Shown here: piece after piece, positions 38,040 through 51,231 of the stretch | Layout: each line of letters opens with the position of its first letter | Numbering within the stretch: position 1 is the first letter of the stretch | DNA from: Callorhinchus milii | Taxonomy: Eukaryota | Direction: 5' to 3' | Assembly: GCF_018977255.1 (NCBI RefSeq) | Contig: NW_024704743.1 | Location: forward strand, 65,908,001-65,972,000 | DNA: 64,000 bases | Translations under genes and position numbers: made by a program | The notes under the pieces: generated by a model | What the model was told of the DNA's origin: nothing | Databases searched by the model: none | The model's input: only the letters and a program-made list of their open reading frames with translations

Positions 38040-39095
38040 TCTGCTCAACTGCCTTCAGTTCCTTCAGCTCACACTTCCTTTCCATCCTCAGCCGTCTAAA
38101 CCCTAAACTCTCAACTCTCACACCTCATTGGCCCTTGACCTCATTCCCACCCAGCTCTTGACCACCCATCTACCCCTACTTGCCCATTGGTTTCATCTGT
38201 GACAGAGAATGAGGAGAGGTTTCGAATTCCACCTCTGTCTGGGTGGAACTGATGGGAAGACCATTGAAATGCATCAAGACCTGATGAGCCTTAACCTTCC
38301 TCAATTGAATGTTTGACACAGTGAAGCTACCCTACTTGGTTCTCGCCAGTACCTCCTCACCCCCTGCTCTGCCTTTATCATCCTGCCTGGCTGCTCACTG
38401 CACTGCATCTTACAGAGGTTGTGCACAATCCTGGTATTTTGTTCAACCCTCAGCTTTCGTCCAGTCCTTGACCAACTATCTCTGCAATAATGTCAGTCTC
38501 TATTAGTACCTCACGTTCACACAGCCAAAACCTTTATCTATTTTTCAGTCACCTCCAAGTTCGGTTTTACCAATATTCTCCACACCAGCCCTCCTCACTC
38601 ACCCCACCCACCCCCCCCAAATCAACCCTCTAAAAGCTCCTCTCCAGATTGGCCGAAACTCCACAGCCTGTATCTTTCCCATACCAGTGTCCACAAGCGC
38701 ATCAGTGCCATCCTAGCTAGATTTCGCCAGTATCTACAGATTGACTTTTAAATCCTTGTTCTAACTTTCAAATGCTTCCATGCTCTTGCCCTATTTCTGT
38801 GATCTCCTGTGGTGCTACTATCCCATCCACTCCTTCTGCTTTGATAACTCAGGCCTAATTCATGTTCCCAGCACACTCATCGGTGCGCGAGCTTTCAGCC
38901 AATATGCCTCTGCTGATTCTCTAAATCTCTTTGACTTGCACCCTTCCTTTCTGTTTTCAAAACCCTTCAAAAGTCTCTGTTTGTCTGTGTTTGTGGTCAC
39001 ATCACTTCCCACCCCTTCCTATCTCACACCTGCTTAGGCTACACACTTCAAGTTCTATGTGAAAGAATCTACAGTACACATAAATACAAGTTGTC
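38040..39095 (+). mobile_element. Old, highly degenerate L2
   Basis: C-rich sequence with patchy collinearity to L2 ORF2 (e.g. GATTGACTTTTAAATCCTTGTTCTAACTTTCAAA) and a remnant tail. Confidence 0.6.
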
Positions 39096-40489
39096 ACTGT
39101 TTTGATTGAGTTAGCATGACTCACACAAGAGGAGATAGTATTAGGACCAGTTCAATTCACCCTGCTAAGAGTATAGATCAACTTTATTGATAGCATTCTC
39201 CAGTAAAGTTCTTCAACATCAGAAGTTTCTTTAACATGAAACAAATAACATTGGATTTCAGAATCTTGTCCATTTTAAGCTGAGTCTTTTAAGTTTAAAA
39301 ATCTGGTTTTCATTTGAAATGCCTCCATTGTGCTATGTGTATGGTGGGGGTGAGGGTGAGAGAGGTATAAATCAAGCTTCCTGCTCCACAATGCTTTATT
39401 GCTGTAAGTGAAGCATAGCTTTGCAGTACTCAGATAAATGCAGCGTTAGATAGTGACCCATGGCCAATAAACTTGTATAAACACTGAAAATATAAAAGGA
39501 CTTTGTGATACAGTACATAGAATGTTTTCCTGAAGAACTGTCCTTCACCTCAGGAACTTGGGTTCAGAGTCTGGTCAGATAAGATACAATAGAAAGTTCT
39601 TTCTCTTGGTTTGGCTTTCTGTCTGTTGCGTATCAAGAGTCACATGGTATAAAGTTTCTGGCTGTTTTCCATTCAACAAGAATGAACAGCAGAAAGCATA
39701 TTTGTAATTTGGCACAAATTGACATTCATTTTGTAGGTTTGCTCAAAGAAGCTTAAAATTGTGAGGAATAAAAATTTCACACATAAACAGGAGCTATTTC
39801 TGAAATGTAGTTCAAAGGTACATTTTCAAGCTGTTCCCACTTTTATTCTTGTATTAATGGATATCAAAGATATTACCTATTTTTTATTACTTTGCCTTTT
39901 TTGTAAATGATTTAGTGGCTATTAGTTGCTGAATTTACAATATTCTAGTCTCAGAACTGAGCCTCTCTGTTTTATGTTTTAGTAGGAAACAAATGTAAAA
40001 AAGATGCACATGAGCAGTGTCATGGCTCAATACTGAGTGATTTAAGCTGCCACTATCTATTAAACAGATTCAAAGCACTGAATAGTGGCAACGCTTCTAG
40101 TGAACAAGCAAATGCTTCACCATTTTAGCAAAACCTGCCCATTCTCTGTATTGCCATGTATCAATTACATGTCACAAAAACAATGTCTTAAACTTGAACA
40201 ATATACAGTATTGTATCACTAGCAACAAAGCATTCTACCAAGTCTAGCATAGCTTTGTCGAAATGCATACTGACCTTTTGATCCCTTTCCTCTCTTCTGA
40301 GGCCTGGTTCACGATGTACCACTTTCTCCGGTTTTCAGTCATTTTTCCCCTTCCCACCCTCTTCGGCTCCTTGTTTGCCTCTTTGCAAGCCAATTAAAGT
40401 GGATTCCAGGCACTGGATGTAAGAATGTGCATTCACGAATTCAGACTCAAGGAAACGTCTTCCCGCAGTTGTCACACCAAGTCTCAGTG

Positions 40490-40852
40490 TTCATGCTTAG
40501 CTCTGTGATACACATTTAAGAGCACTTGCCTCGAAATTGAGAGGACCCGGGTTTGTTTCCCAGGTAGGGTGAACCGTAAGAAAAGTTTTCTATTCCACAC
40601 ACCTCTGTTTACCTAGCAGTAAGTAGGAACCTGGTTGTTAGTTGATTGTTACACTGGGGGTAATAATCCCTTAAAAAAAATAAGGTCACTCAATCCATGA
40701 CTGTTTGTGGGATACTGCTGTACACAATTGGCTGCCACATAACACACATAAAATATAGAGTATATTCACTTTACAGTATATTCTGTGAAGTGCGTTGAGG
40801 TTTCTCAGCGAAGTGATACGGTATTATATCAAATACAAGGATTATTATTATG
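40490..40852 (+). mobile_element. SINE family B
   Basis: CTCTGTTTACCTAGCAGTAAGTAGGAACC block, body and ATT tail. Confidence 0.8.
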
Positions 40853-41439
40853 AATAAATTACTTACTCGGACTCCGAGGAAAAAATATGGTAAAGATTTT
40901 TCACTGGTGCCGGCACCTTTTAAACAGTTCCAAAAGCAGATTAAAACATTTTTGAAATAAAATTCTGAAGAAATCCTATAACTTACAGTAGCAAGCAGTA
41001 ATGTTAAGTTTCCTCTGTCAAGTGGGCAAAGATTTCGGAATTAAGAGCTTTCTGCGTAATATCCTGACACATTCCGCCTGTGAAACCACAACCTAGTTTT
41101 ACTGGCTCACATGGGTCTGTTTCAAGAATCATTTGTCCTTAAAATGCCTTACTGTATCTAATGGAAACAATTGCTAACTGGAGCTAACCAATACTTCCAG
41201 TGACACAGCAAGTGCAATATCATTGTGCCACACAGAATTCAGTAAAGTTAATACCGATGATTATTGCACGTTGTGAAAAAATTATTGCAGGTGGTGTATT
41301 TTATATGAATTGTGAGCAATACTGAATGATATTTTACACATGGTCAAAAACACTTTTACAACTATTTGCGTGTTAAACTCTCCGAGATACTACTTGCGTG
41401 AAAATCCTAATCTTAACATTTAAATACAAGTTGGTGTTG

Positions 41440-41855
41440 CTACCCTGGCTCAGTTGATAGCACTCTCACCTTGGAGTTAGAAAATTGTGGGTTTAAATCC
41501 AGTTCACAGTCTATGATGAGATTTCAGCGCAGTGCTGGGGTGTGTTGTATTATTGGAGGTTCTATCCTTTGGTTGAGATATTAAAGTGAGGCCCTGTCTC
41601 TGTTGGATGTTAAAGATCCTATTGTACTGTTCAAAAAGAGAAGGGAGTTTCTGCTGGTGTCCTGGCCAACAATCCTCCAAATAAAATATATATACATTCA
41701 CTTCAAGGCTGTTTGTGAGAAATTGCTAAGCGTAAATTGATTGTCACATTCATCTACAAAATACAAAATATTCACTACCTTTACTACCTGTAAAGTACTT
41801 TGAGACCTCCTCCTGACATAAAAAATGCAATATCAAATGTAAGGATTATTTATTT
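41440..41855 (+). mobile_element. Old Deu-SINE (family C)
   Basis: Head, Deu core and ATT tail. Confidence 0.72.
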
Positions 41856-42679
41856 TTTAATTTAATAAGTAATGTATAGATATTGTTTATTTTCCACTTG
41901 GAGGGAAAAGGCAGACATTCACACAAAACCAATGCTGTGAGATTATACCTTCCAGACGACAAAGTGTATCCTTCATGTCTTTCATTTTACACATGTACTT
42001 GGTGAGAGCTCAATAACTGATTTACACTTTATCTTTGTTGTTTTATTGGTTCCATTCCAATTGGCTGGGAGACAGTACATTAAGCTGCCAAAATAATTGT
42101 CTAAATGATGGATTTTACTTTTTGCTTGTATAGAATGTGCTGACTGCTTTTTGGGTTCATTGAATAACTGAGTAGAGCTGTGCTGAAAGTCATGAGCATT
42201 GGCTGTACAAACACAATGTGTCGTTTATTGATTAGTTTCATATCTCCATGGCTCCGGCAATAAACACTCTGGAGCAGCAGACATACAGAAGAATAGAGAA
42301 AGCTTCTTCCGATGTGGAATTCTCTGCTATACTTGAAGCAGAGTCAAATTACTTTAAAAGGAAATTAGATAGATGTTTGAGGACTATTAAGGGGTCTGGG
42401 TCATGAGTAACAAAATGTGATTAGATTATATGGCTCAAATAGAGAATAAGAGAAAAATAACAGTGCAGGTTTGATGGATCAACTGGCCTGTTGGTAAAGA
42501 AGATCCTTTGGCCCATGTCATTTCATCCCTTCAGACTACCCACCCTACCATCTCTCCATCACAGCGTCTAGCTTTTTTAAAAAATGAATCCAGCATCCTA
42601 TTCTTAACTACTTTTCTGGTAAGACTTACTAGTGCCTGTCCTGAAATTGTCCTTTGCAATTAAAACCCCAGGATATTTA

Positions 42680-43430
42680 GAAAGACAAGGCCGAAGCCCT
42701 ACTGATTGGCCTCCACACCTCAGGCACTGGCAGCATCACCATCCATGGATGCACACTCCACCTCACTGAGCCAGTCCAGAACCTTGACCCAGAACCCAGC
42801 GCCTTGGGACGTCCTCCCGACATGAAAGGCGCTCTATAAATGGAATCGTGTTGTTGTTGTTGCTGACATCTTGTTTGACCCTCGACTATCCTTTCTACCC
42901 TACATCCATGCCATGACCCGCTCTGCCTTCCCCAACCTTCGTAACATCGGTGGCTCCACCATTGTCTCTCCCCGCAGGCCACTGAAACACTTATCCATGC
43001 ATTTGTTACATCTAGACTTGAGTTCGCCAAAATCCTCGTCCTCGCCTTCAAAACCCTCCATGGCCTTGCTCCTTCCTACCTCTGTGACCTGGTAGCCCCA
43101 TATCCACCTGTCTGCTCCCTCCGTTCAGCAGGCTCCGGCTTGCTCCACATCCCCTGCCTGCCCCACCATCGACGGTTGGTGCTTCAGCCTTTCTGCTCCC
43201 ACCCTTTGGAACTCCATCCCACATTCCGTTCACCTTGTTCCCTTCCTTGCCTCCTTCAAGGCATGTCTCAAGACCCTCCTTTTCGGCTGTTCCTTTGGCC
43301 ACCCTCCTACCCCTACCCTCCCTGCACTCTACCCCTCCTGATCCCAAGCCCTTGCTCCGGTCCAGCACCTTGGGATGTCATCCTGATGTGCAAGGCGCAA
43401 TACAAATGTAATTTGTTATTGTTGTTGCTG
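42680..43430 (+). mobile_element. L2 3' fragment with a nested ultra-short L2 tail (42789-42863)
   Basis: L2 3' sequence and tail; nested tail flanked by TGAC at 42785-42788 and 42864-42867. Confidence 0.85.
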
Positions 43431-43519
43431 TTGATTAGTTTGCAGAGAGGCAAGCAGCTGCTGATCAAACAGCTCCAATTGGTGGAATCATTGCTCAATG
43501 AGAAGGGATATGTGCCTGA

Positions 43520-44275
43520 GCTGCGGACAGGATGATGGTGGCAATGCTCTCACACATTTCATGCTGAGCTGTGTTGCCCACCAGGAAGCTCACAAGGAGT
43601 TCCTGGTACCTACCACCCACCCAATGAGGGCTCAAACCTGCGCTTGTCAGATGTCAAACAGCTAACAAGTGAAAATCCTCCTCGGCGGGGGAGGTGATTA
43701 CAGGGCTCCTTTAAGCTGAACTGGCTTCACGGCGACATGTTTGGCAACGGAATGTCACAATCAAGCCAGCACTCTGTGACAGTCCTGAGCCAGGCGGGTC
43801 CGCAGTATTACCGAGCACTGCTGATGACAGCACAGCCAACCTGGCTCATCAGCAGAGACTTGAAAGGACAGACCAGTCACAGGGGGCAGGGAATCTTTCC
43901 ACTCAGCTCCTGTTAACCCTGCAAGCCAAAGTCTTAATGGTATGGTGGTTCTAGCTGTACAAGCAGGGGGAAAATTTACCAGACAGTGGTAAGTTATGTT
44001 GTTTTGGCTGGTTAGACTCCAGCAGTGCCCCAACGCACACTCTGGGGTCCCCAACCCTTTACTATTGCCAACTTGATTCTAATTACTTTCCAGCATTAAA
44101 TAAGCAGGATGTGTCCTATCAGGGAGAGATTGCACATTCCATTCTGATTGGTCTGCCCTATCTCTGGACTTTCCATGTGTAGGTGGGATGCATAGAATTG
44201 TCAGTTTGGTTTGGATACTCTTAAGCATGTTGATGGGTTTCCGCATGTGTCAGACACCCAGCTAATCAAAAAATT
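43520..44275 (+). repeat. Unclassified interspersed repeat, longest copy
   Basis: Aligns by eye with 13485-14103, 47562-48050, 16150-16445 and others; ends GTGTCAGACACCCAGCTAATCAAAAA. Confidence 0.8.
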
Positions 44276-45159
44276 ACAATATTTGCAGGCCTTTGGGATC
44301 CAAAAACACATTTCCACAATTTAATTTACAAACCAAAAGCCACCATTAGTGTAGCAATTTGTAGACTGCCTTTACTTTATCTGCAACCCAATTCAGATCA
44401 GGAACAGATGTAGAACTGAATTAAACAGAACTTGCCAAATGAAGAATACTCATTAGGAAGGCATTGAACATTTTATGTTTTCAATACATGGGATCAATTG
44501 TGTCTCTTCTGGGTTATGTCTGTGAATTACGAATTGAATGTTTACTGTATTTGGTGCTTCCTAACAGTAATAATTCCTTACTCTTAAGCAAGTACCTTCT
44601 TCAGGGACAGCGTTCACACCCCAAAACACTAAGATTTTGTAAAGTCTCTCAATAATCAATCCAATATCACTACAAAAACAAAACTACCAACCAAATCCTT
44701 GCTTTTATTGATATTTATAATGAAACAACTTATTAATTTACCAAATAACCTACTTAATAACCATCCAACCTAACAGCCCACCAACCTCCCTATCTAGCAA
44801 ACATCCAGCCATACAATTTAACAATCAGACAACTTAATTGTCCAACATCATTTTATCTGCTCATTGGCAGCCAGCTCTTCCTAAGATTCTACAGTATCTA
44901 CAGCTTACAGCATTTCACCTCCATCTTCTGCTCCAGAACCCACTCACCCACCCAGTGCCCCTTGAATAGTCTTGGTGTGGGTTGATAATCAAGAAGCTAC
45001 CTTTCTTATTGTTTAATTAGGTATTTTTCTCTCAAGGGCTTCTCAAAGGGGAACAGTTTGCCAATCCAGACAAGCTCACAGTGACTGTATGTAATTTGTA
45101 TGTGATTATGACAGCCAATTTGTGCATATCAATGTCCCACAAACAGCCATGGAGTTACA

Positions 45160-45745
45160 AAGAAATTACAAGGAATATACAGCACGGAAACCGCTCACTC
45201 GACCCTGCCAGTTTGTGCTCTTATTTATACTCCACACATGGCTTCACCCATTCCTTACTCTCTCCCACACACTCCTATTCTCCTCTCCCTCATGAGTCTC
45301 CACCCACTGCTTACTCCCTCCAATACCCTTCACTTCACTTCTCCCTGATGTGTATATCTAGCTTCCTCTTGAATGCGTCTACACTATCAGGTTCAACCAC
45401 TGCTTCGATACAATTTCACTCCAGTTCCTCTTAAATTCCACTTTTAGATGCCTATCACTATCAAATTTGTATCCCTTGGTTATCAGCTCCCCAACCAGTA
45501 GATACAGTATAGTTATGTTAACCTCATCGAACCTTTACAATTTGAAACACTTGTGTTAGGTTCCCCCTTAAACGTCTTTGCTCTAAGGAAAAAAAGCCGA
45601 ACCTATCCTGTTTATCTTTACAGAAGTAACGTGCCATACTTGTAAACCTGCACTGTAATCTTTCCATCGTTACTATATCCTTATAGTGTGTGACACCAGA
45701 AATGGACACAATACTGCAAATGTGGTCTAACCAAAGTTTTGTACA
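45160..45745 (-). mobile_element. Degenerate CR1 3' fragment
   Basis: FFSLEQRRLRGNLTQVFQIV. Confidence 0.75.
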
Positions 45746-46280
45746 TTGACTGATCAATTTTATTTAGGGGACTGTTGGCCAAGATACAGGGAGAAATTAC
45801 CTCTTCTTTTCAAATAGTGCCATGGGACCTTTAATGTTCACCTTGACATGCATACAGTACCTCAGTTTAACATCTCATCCAAAGGATGGCACCTCTAACA
45901 ATGCAGCATGCCCCTAGCACTGCATGGAGGAGTGTCAACATAGATGATATGAGTTCCAAGTCGCAACACGGAGCTTGAGGGCCACAACCTTTTGACTCAG
46001 AAGCACAAGTGCTACCAACTAAAACAAAAGTCGCTGGGAACACTCAGCAGGTCAGGCAGCATCCATGGACAAAAGGAAAGTGAGTCAACATTTTGGGTCC
46101 ATGACCCTTTGTCAGAAAGTTCTGACACAGAGTCGTGGACCTGAAACATTGACTCACTTTCCTTTCTCCATAGGTGCTGCCTGACCTGCTGAGTGTTCCT
46201 AGCGACTTCTGTTTTTGTTTCTAGACTTCCAGCATCTGCAGTATTTGGGGTTTTGCTACCAACTAAGCCTGGCTGACACA
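45745..46280 (-). mobile_element. Old Deu-SINE with its head split by the fold-back element
   Basis: Deu core at 45800-45940; head resumes at 46254. Confidence 0.75.
46023..46253. mobile_element. Fold-back element, probably derived from a Penelope-like terminal repeat, with a 13-bp TSD
   Basis: Arms of ~96 nt (46022-46117 and 46120-46215); TGCTACCAACTAA at 46010-46022 and 46254-46266. Confidence 0.8.
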
Positions 46281-46366
46281 CGTAGCCTATACCTAAATTT
46301 GTAAGAAACTCAACGAATTGTCATCCATGGTTACTTTCACAATACAATATAGTACAAGACAAAATG

Positions 46367-47130
46367 ATTACATTTCCAAAGCGTCTTTCACGTCGGGAGG
46401 ACGGCCGAAGGCATAGTCAAAGAGGAGGGTCTTGAGGCGTGCCTTGAAGGGAGCAAGTGAGGGAGCGAGGCAAAGGGAATGTGGGTTGGAGTTCCGGGTG
46501 GGGGAGGTGTGGGGGCAGGCCAGGCAGGCAACATGGAACAGACAGCCTGCTGAGTGGAGGGAGCAGACAGGTTGATAAAGGGTTAGCGGGTCAGAGAGGT
46601 AGGAGGGGACAAGGGCATGGAGGGCCTTGAAGGTGAGGATGAGAATTTTTAACTCGATCCTCTGAGGGATAGGAAGCCAGTGGAGCCGGGCAAGGGTGGG
46701 TGTGATGGGGTCATGGAGCCTGGTGCGTGAAAGGACATGAGCTGCTGAGTTCTGGATGATCTGCAGCTTATGGAGGAAAGAGTTGGGAAAGCCGATCAGC
46801 AGGGCGTTGGCATAGTCAAGCTTGGTTGTAGTGAACCATGCATGAAGGTTTTGGTGGCCTAAGGGGTGAGGCAGTGGCAGAGTCGGGCAATGTTGCGGAG
46901 GTGGGGGAAGGCAGAGCGGACACGGCACAGATGTGGGGGAGACAGTTAAGGGTCGAACAAGATGCTTAGGTTCCTGACTGGCTTTATCAGGTTTAGCGTG
47001 CATCCTTGGATGGTGATGCTGTTAAAGCCTGAGGTGCAGAGGTGCGCTGGCACGAGCCAATTGGGAGAGCCTCGGTCTTGCTGACATTCAACTGTATAAA
47101 GTTGGCTCTCATCCAAGACTTGATGTCTGA
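46367..47130 (-). mobile_element. L2 3' fragment
   Basis: ORF 46368-47003: [30 protein letters not shown]. Confidence 0.9.
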
Positions 47131-47561
47131 TAATAGAATATAACACAACAGTTGCCCTTTTATGCACTGCAGATAACATATTACTGTTCATTATAAACAG
47201 CTCTGGGAGTTGAGAGTCTTAAATATTCTATTTTCAAGAACAGTAGCAAACTTTGGGACTGGCTGCTTTAAGGCTTATTGCCAGTATGTTATTGAGCATG
47301 TTATCAGTACATGCTTTAGATAGTTCCACTGCTGGTTGTTCAGTTACTATGTAAAAAACTGAATCTGGTTTTCAATTGCAGCTTTAATAAATCTCACTCC
47401 CAGCTCTGTGATGACTGAATGCAATAATGCCACAACTTTTGAATGACCTTCTCATTATAAAATGGAATACTGTGCAATGGATAGAGCGCACTGAGCGAGT
47501 TAATGTTTCAGGGTTTCAGGGCTTCAGTCAGTAGCAGCTGTCAGTGATTTATCTTGTGCTG

Positions 47562-48050
47562 TTTTCTTTGGCCAGCCACATGCAGAAACTCATCACTGTG
47601 CATTAGAGTATCCAAACAACACTGAAAGTTCCACTTATGTATTCCATCTAAGCATGAGAATGTTCCCGAGCATGAAATTAAATGCACACTCTCTCCTTGA
47701 AGAGACACACCTTGCTTACCTAATTCTGGAGAGTATTAGGCTGCATGTTGGTGAGAGTTTATGTGCATTGTTGCAAACATTTTATTATTAGGGTCACCTT
47801 AGCTATTACGCTTTGGCTTCTAGAGTTAACAGGAGCTAAGTGGGAAGAATCCCTACCATTTCAAGTCATGCCAATAAGCCATTTTGGCTGGTCTGTCATC
47901 AGCAGAAATACTGTGGACCCGCCTGCCTCAAGACCTGAACTACCAAGACTCGACTTTGACATTCCATTGCCAAGCACTAAGTGGGCTGTCAGGACATCTC
48001 TGTGAGCAGCATAGCTCAGTATAAAATGTGTGAGAACATTACCACCATAC
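47562..48050 (-). repeat. Unclassified interspersed repeat, internally deleted copy
   Basis: Matches both ends of 43520-44275. Confidence 0.72.
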
Positions 48051-50124
48051 TCTTGCCTACATAATGTCCCTTCCCATTGAGCAATGGTTCCACCAGTAAG
48101 AAGTGCAGATATTGAGCAGCATCAGTCTGCATACCATTCAAAGTGGATACCAAGCCCTGCAGCATATCTTGTGAAGTGCTTTAAGATGTCTTAACAATGT
48201 AATTAGGTGCTATATTAATGCAAGGATTATTATTAGATACTGCAGAAACTGGCTGAACTAAAGAATTGAACTAAATAATTTTCCAAAATTCTACATAATA
48301 TTAAATTTAAGGCAAAGATCATGAGAATTTTCAGGATTCAGAATGCTGAACAATTTTCCATCAGGATACTTTGATAATGAAGAGACTTGGATTCAGGGAA
48401 AGATTTCAATGGCTACTTGGGGTGAAGCTCATCAAAATGTTTTTTGACTTGATAAAGTAAATTAAGTAAAAAGTAAATGTTCACTGTTGATTGATAAGGT
48501 GAGTTTTTATGTTTTATATTTCCTTTCATGTTTGCATTATGTTGGGAGATATGTTCCAGATAAGTGAGAAGTGTTTTTGTTCCTTATTGGCACTCTGCAT
48601 GCTGTTGTTATACCCATTTGGTTAGGCATTGAACATCCACTGTTTGTAACAAGTGTTTTATACTTGTGTTTTAAAGTGGAAGGTCACTGCGTTGTGCAGC
48701 AAGTAAATAGGAAAGTAAGATTGTGTATGTCACGTTATCATGTTAAACTGCAGTTCACAATTACTGTCAGGTGTATTGACTGATTTTCTGGGCAAATATA
48801 GTGGACAATTTGGACCAACAATATCTCGCAAACAACAACAATGAAATTACATTTATAGAGTGTCTTTTACGTCGGGAGGACATCCCAAGGTGCTGAGTTT
48901 TGAAGACAATGACCAATTCATATAGAGGATTAATGACAAAAACACCAGGTTCGAGTTCATTCACAGCACTGCTAATATTCATCTGTAAAAGACATGAAGA
49001 GACCTCAGTTCAAGATTTCATCTGAAGGACATCACCACTATGCAGTGTGTTCAAGAATGGCAGTTGAAACTGAATGCATGGCCCAAGGCAAGGCTTGAAA
49101 CCACTATTTTCTGAACCAATACATTTGATATCATAATAATCCTTATATTTGATATTGTGCCCTTTCATGTTGGGAGGGCACGTCAAAGTGCTTGACAAGA
49201 TTTATTGTAAAGTGTAGTGACTGTATTTTTAGGTGAATAGGTCAGCTATTGTTCACACAACATGCTCCAAAAATAACCATGAAGTGAATAACCACATATA
49301 TTTGCGGGATTATTCACCAGGACACAGGGAGAAACTCTTTTTTCTTTTTATCAAAGAGTGCTGGATCTTTAACATCCTTCAAGGAAGAGAGTAAATATTC
49401 CATTCCAGACACAAAGAAATATAGGTGTCATGCATGTATATGTGGAACACTCAGGTTTGGTTTGGATATTAGTAAGCATGGCAATGCGTTTCTGCTTTTG
49501 TCAGACACTCAGCTGGCCAAAAATTAAAACTGAGCTAGGTAGATGCGAAAGCATGAATGCCACAAATTCAGTTATATTTGCAACATCACACCTTTTTTAA
49601 CCACCAAAGAAATTCTATTTGTGATGACAGCCTGGTTCAGTCAGTAGCACTATTGCTGTTGGGTTACAAGGTTGTGGATTCCAGAACATGCTGAGACATG
49701 GAACTTGTAACTTAGGCTGATACTGTGGAATACTAATGTGTGAAAATTGGCTAGTAGTCTTATTTTTAAATCAGTAATGTAAAATAGAAAATTATTTGTA
49801 AAATATCATTGTTTTGGTCAGCTGGGTATCTGACACACGTGGAAACCCATCACCATAATATAAATTAAACATGATCTAATATGCAATGATTTCTATAGTT
49901 ATTCCTTAATTAAAAAACACTGGAACGTTGAATGATAATAATCCTTGCATTTGATGTAGCACCTTATCATGTCTTCTAGATGTCTCAAGGCACTTCACAG
50001 AATATACTGCAAAGTGAATTGACTGTATATTTTGTGGATGAAATATTTGAATACTTTAGAAATTAATACTTGGACCATCAATTTGGACTGTAGACCCCCA
50101 CCCTATCCAGGTGTGACCTGCAGA

Positions 50125-50460
50125 GATTTTTTTTAATTATGAAGGGTTTTAATAGAATCAATAGGGAGAAATTACTGATCAGTGAGTCAGTAATTAGAAG
50201 GCATCAATTTAAGATAGCAAGCAAACAGCAAATGGGGAGGTTAGGATTTTTTTTTCATGCACAGAGTAGTTAGGATATGGAATGTTTTGCCAGAGCACTG
50301 GTTGAGGCAGAATCCATATGAGCTTTCAAAAGGGAACTATAATAATAATCCCTGCAGTGAACAAGATATATACCTGAAAAATGAGTAAATTACAAGTGTA
50401 TAGGGGAAAAACAAGTAAATGTGACTGAAGGATTGCTCTTTATAAGTGCCACCACATAGA
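50125..50460 (+). mobile_element. CR1 3' end fragment
   Basis: CAGAGAGTAGTTAGGATATGGAATG..TTCAAAAGGGAA, collinear with the CR1 3' end. Confidence 0.65.
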
Positions 50461-50709
50461 CAGATTTAATAGTTAGGACATATAGTTAGGATGGTTGTGA
50501 AATATTGGAAGCCCCCCCTCCCCGCCTCCCCACCCATATTTGTAATTATAACAGCATGGATTGAAATCGGGTATCATTATCATTTTTTAGCAGTAAAACA
50601 TGGATATCCAATGTTAGAGTGAGCCGTGCATGCATTATGGGTTAAGATACATATTGCAGCATGAAAAATATAGTGCAAGGAAGATGCACAGTTTGTATCA
50701 ATAAGAGGC

Positions 50710-50905
50710 AACTGCTGAAGTTCTGTCTGGAGATTTTCAGCATCCTTTGCCATTTCAATGCATGAGTTTGACTGTAATGTCCAGGTTGAATCCCTTGTAA
50801 CAATGGTAACTATATGGAATCATGAATCTGCCCAACAACTTTGACTCCGCTTACAAGACCCTGTGGTCACCACCAGACCAATCCAGACACTGCAGCCTTT
50901 AGTTA
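50710..50905 (-). mobile_element. Second fragment of the same Harbinger-like family
   Basis: Reverse complement aligns by eye with 20385-20590 (AAAGGCTGCAGT..TCTGGTGGTGAC..GGAGTCAAAGTTGTTGGGCAG..GCTGAAAATCTCCAGACAG). Confidence 0.75.
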
Positions 50906-51231
50906 AACATAAATTCTCTGTTTGCCTTCATTGTTCTGATTTTACATGCATGCCTTCTTGTTGTAGAGTTAGTGATTATCCTAAACGTGTATAACTTGTT
51001 TTAGTCAGCTGGTATCTGATACATGTTGAAACCCAGCACTGTGCTTAAGAATATTCAACCTAAATTACTAAGAGTTCCACATATATAGGAATTTTTTTGT
51101 TTATCAGCAATGGAGTGTGCACTCTCCACCCTGCTTACGTAATTCAGGAGAGTTTACATTCCAGGTTGGCAAAAGCCAAGACTTGATGACGCTGGAGTAT
51201 GCATGAGAGATTAACCAGCTACAGTTTGTGT

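Noticed and set aside
40275..40412. Selenocysteine read-through exon (138 nt with one in-frame TGA)
   Set aside because: No selenoprotein similarity, no redox motif and no SECIS recognised.
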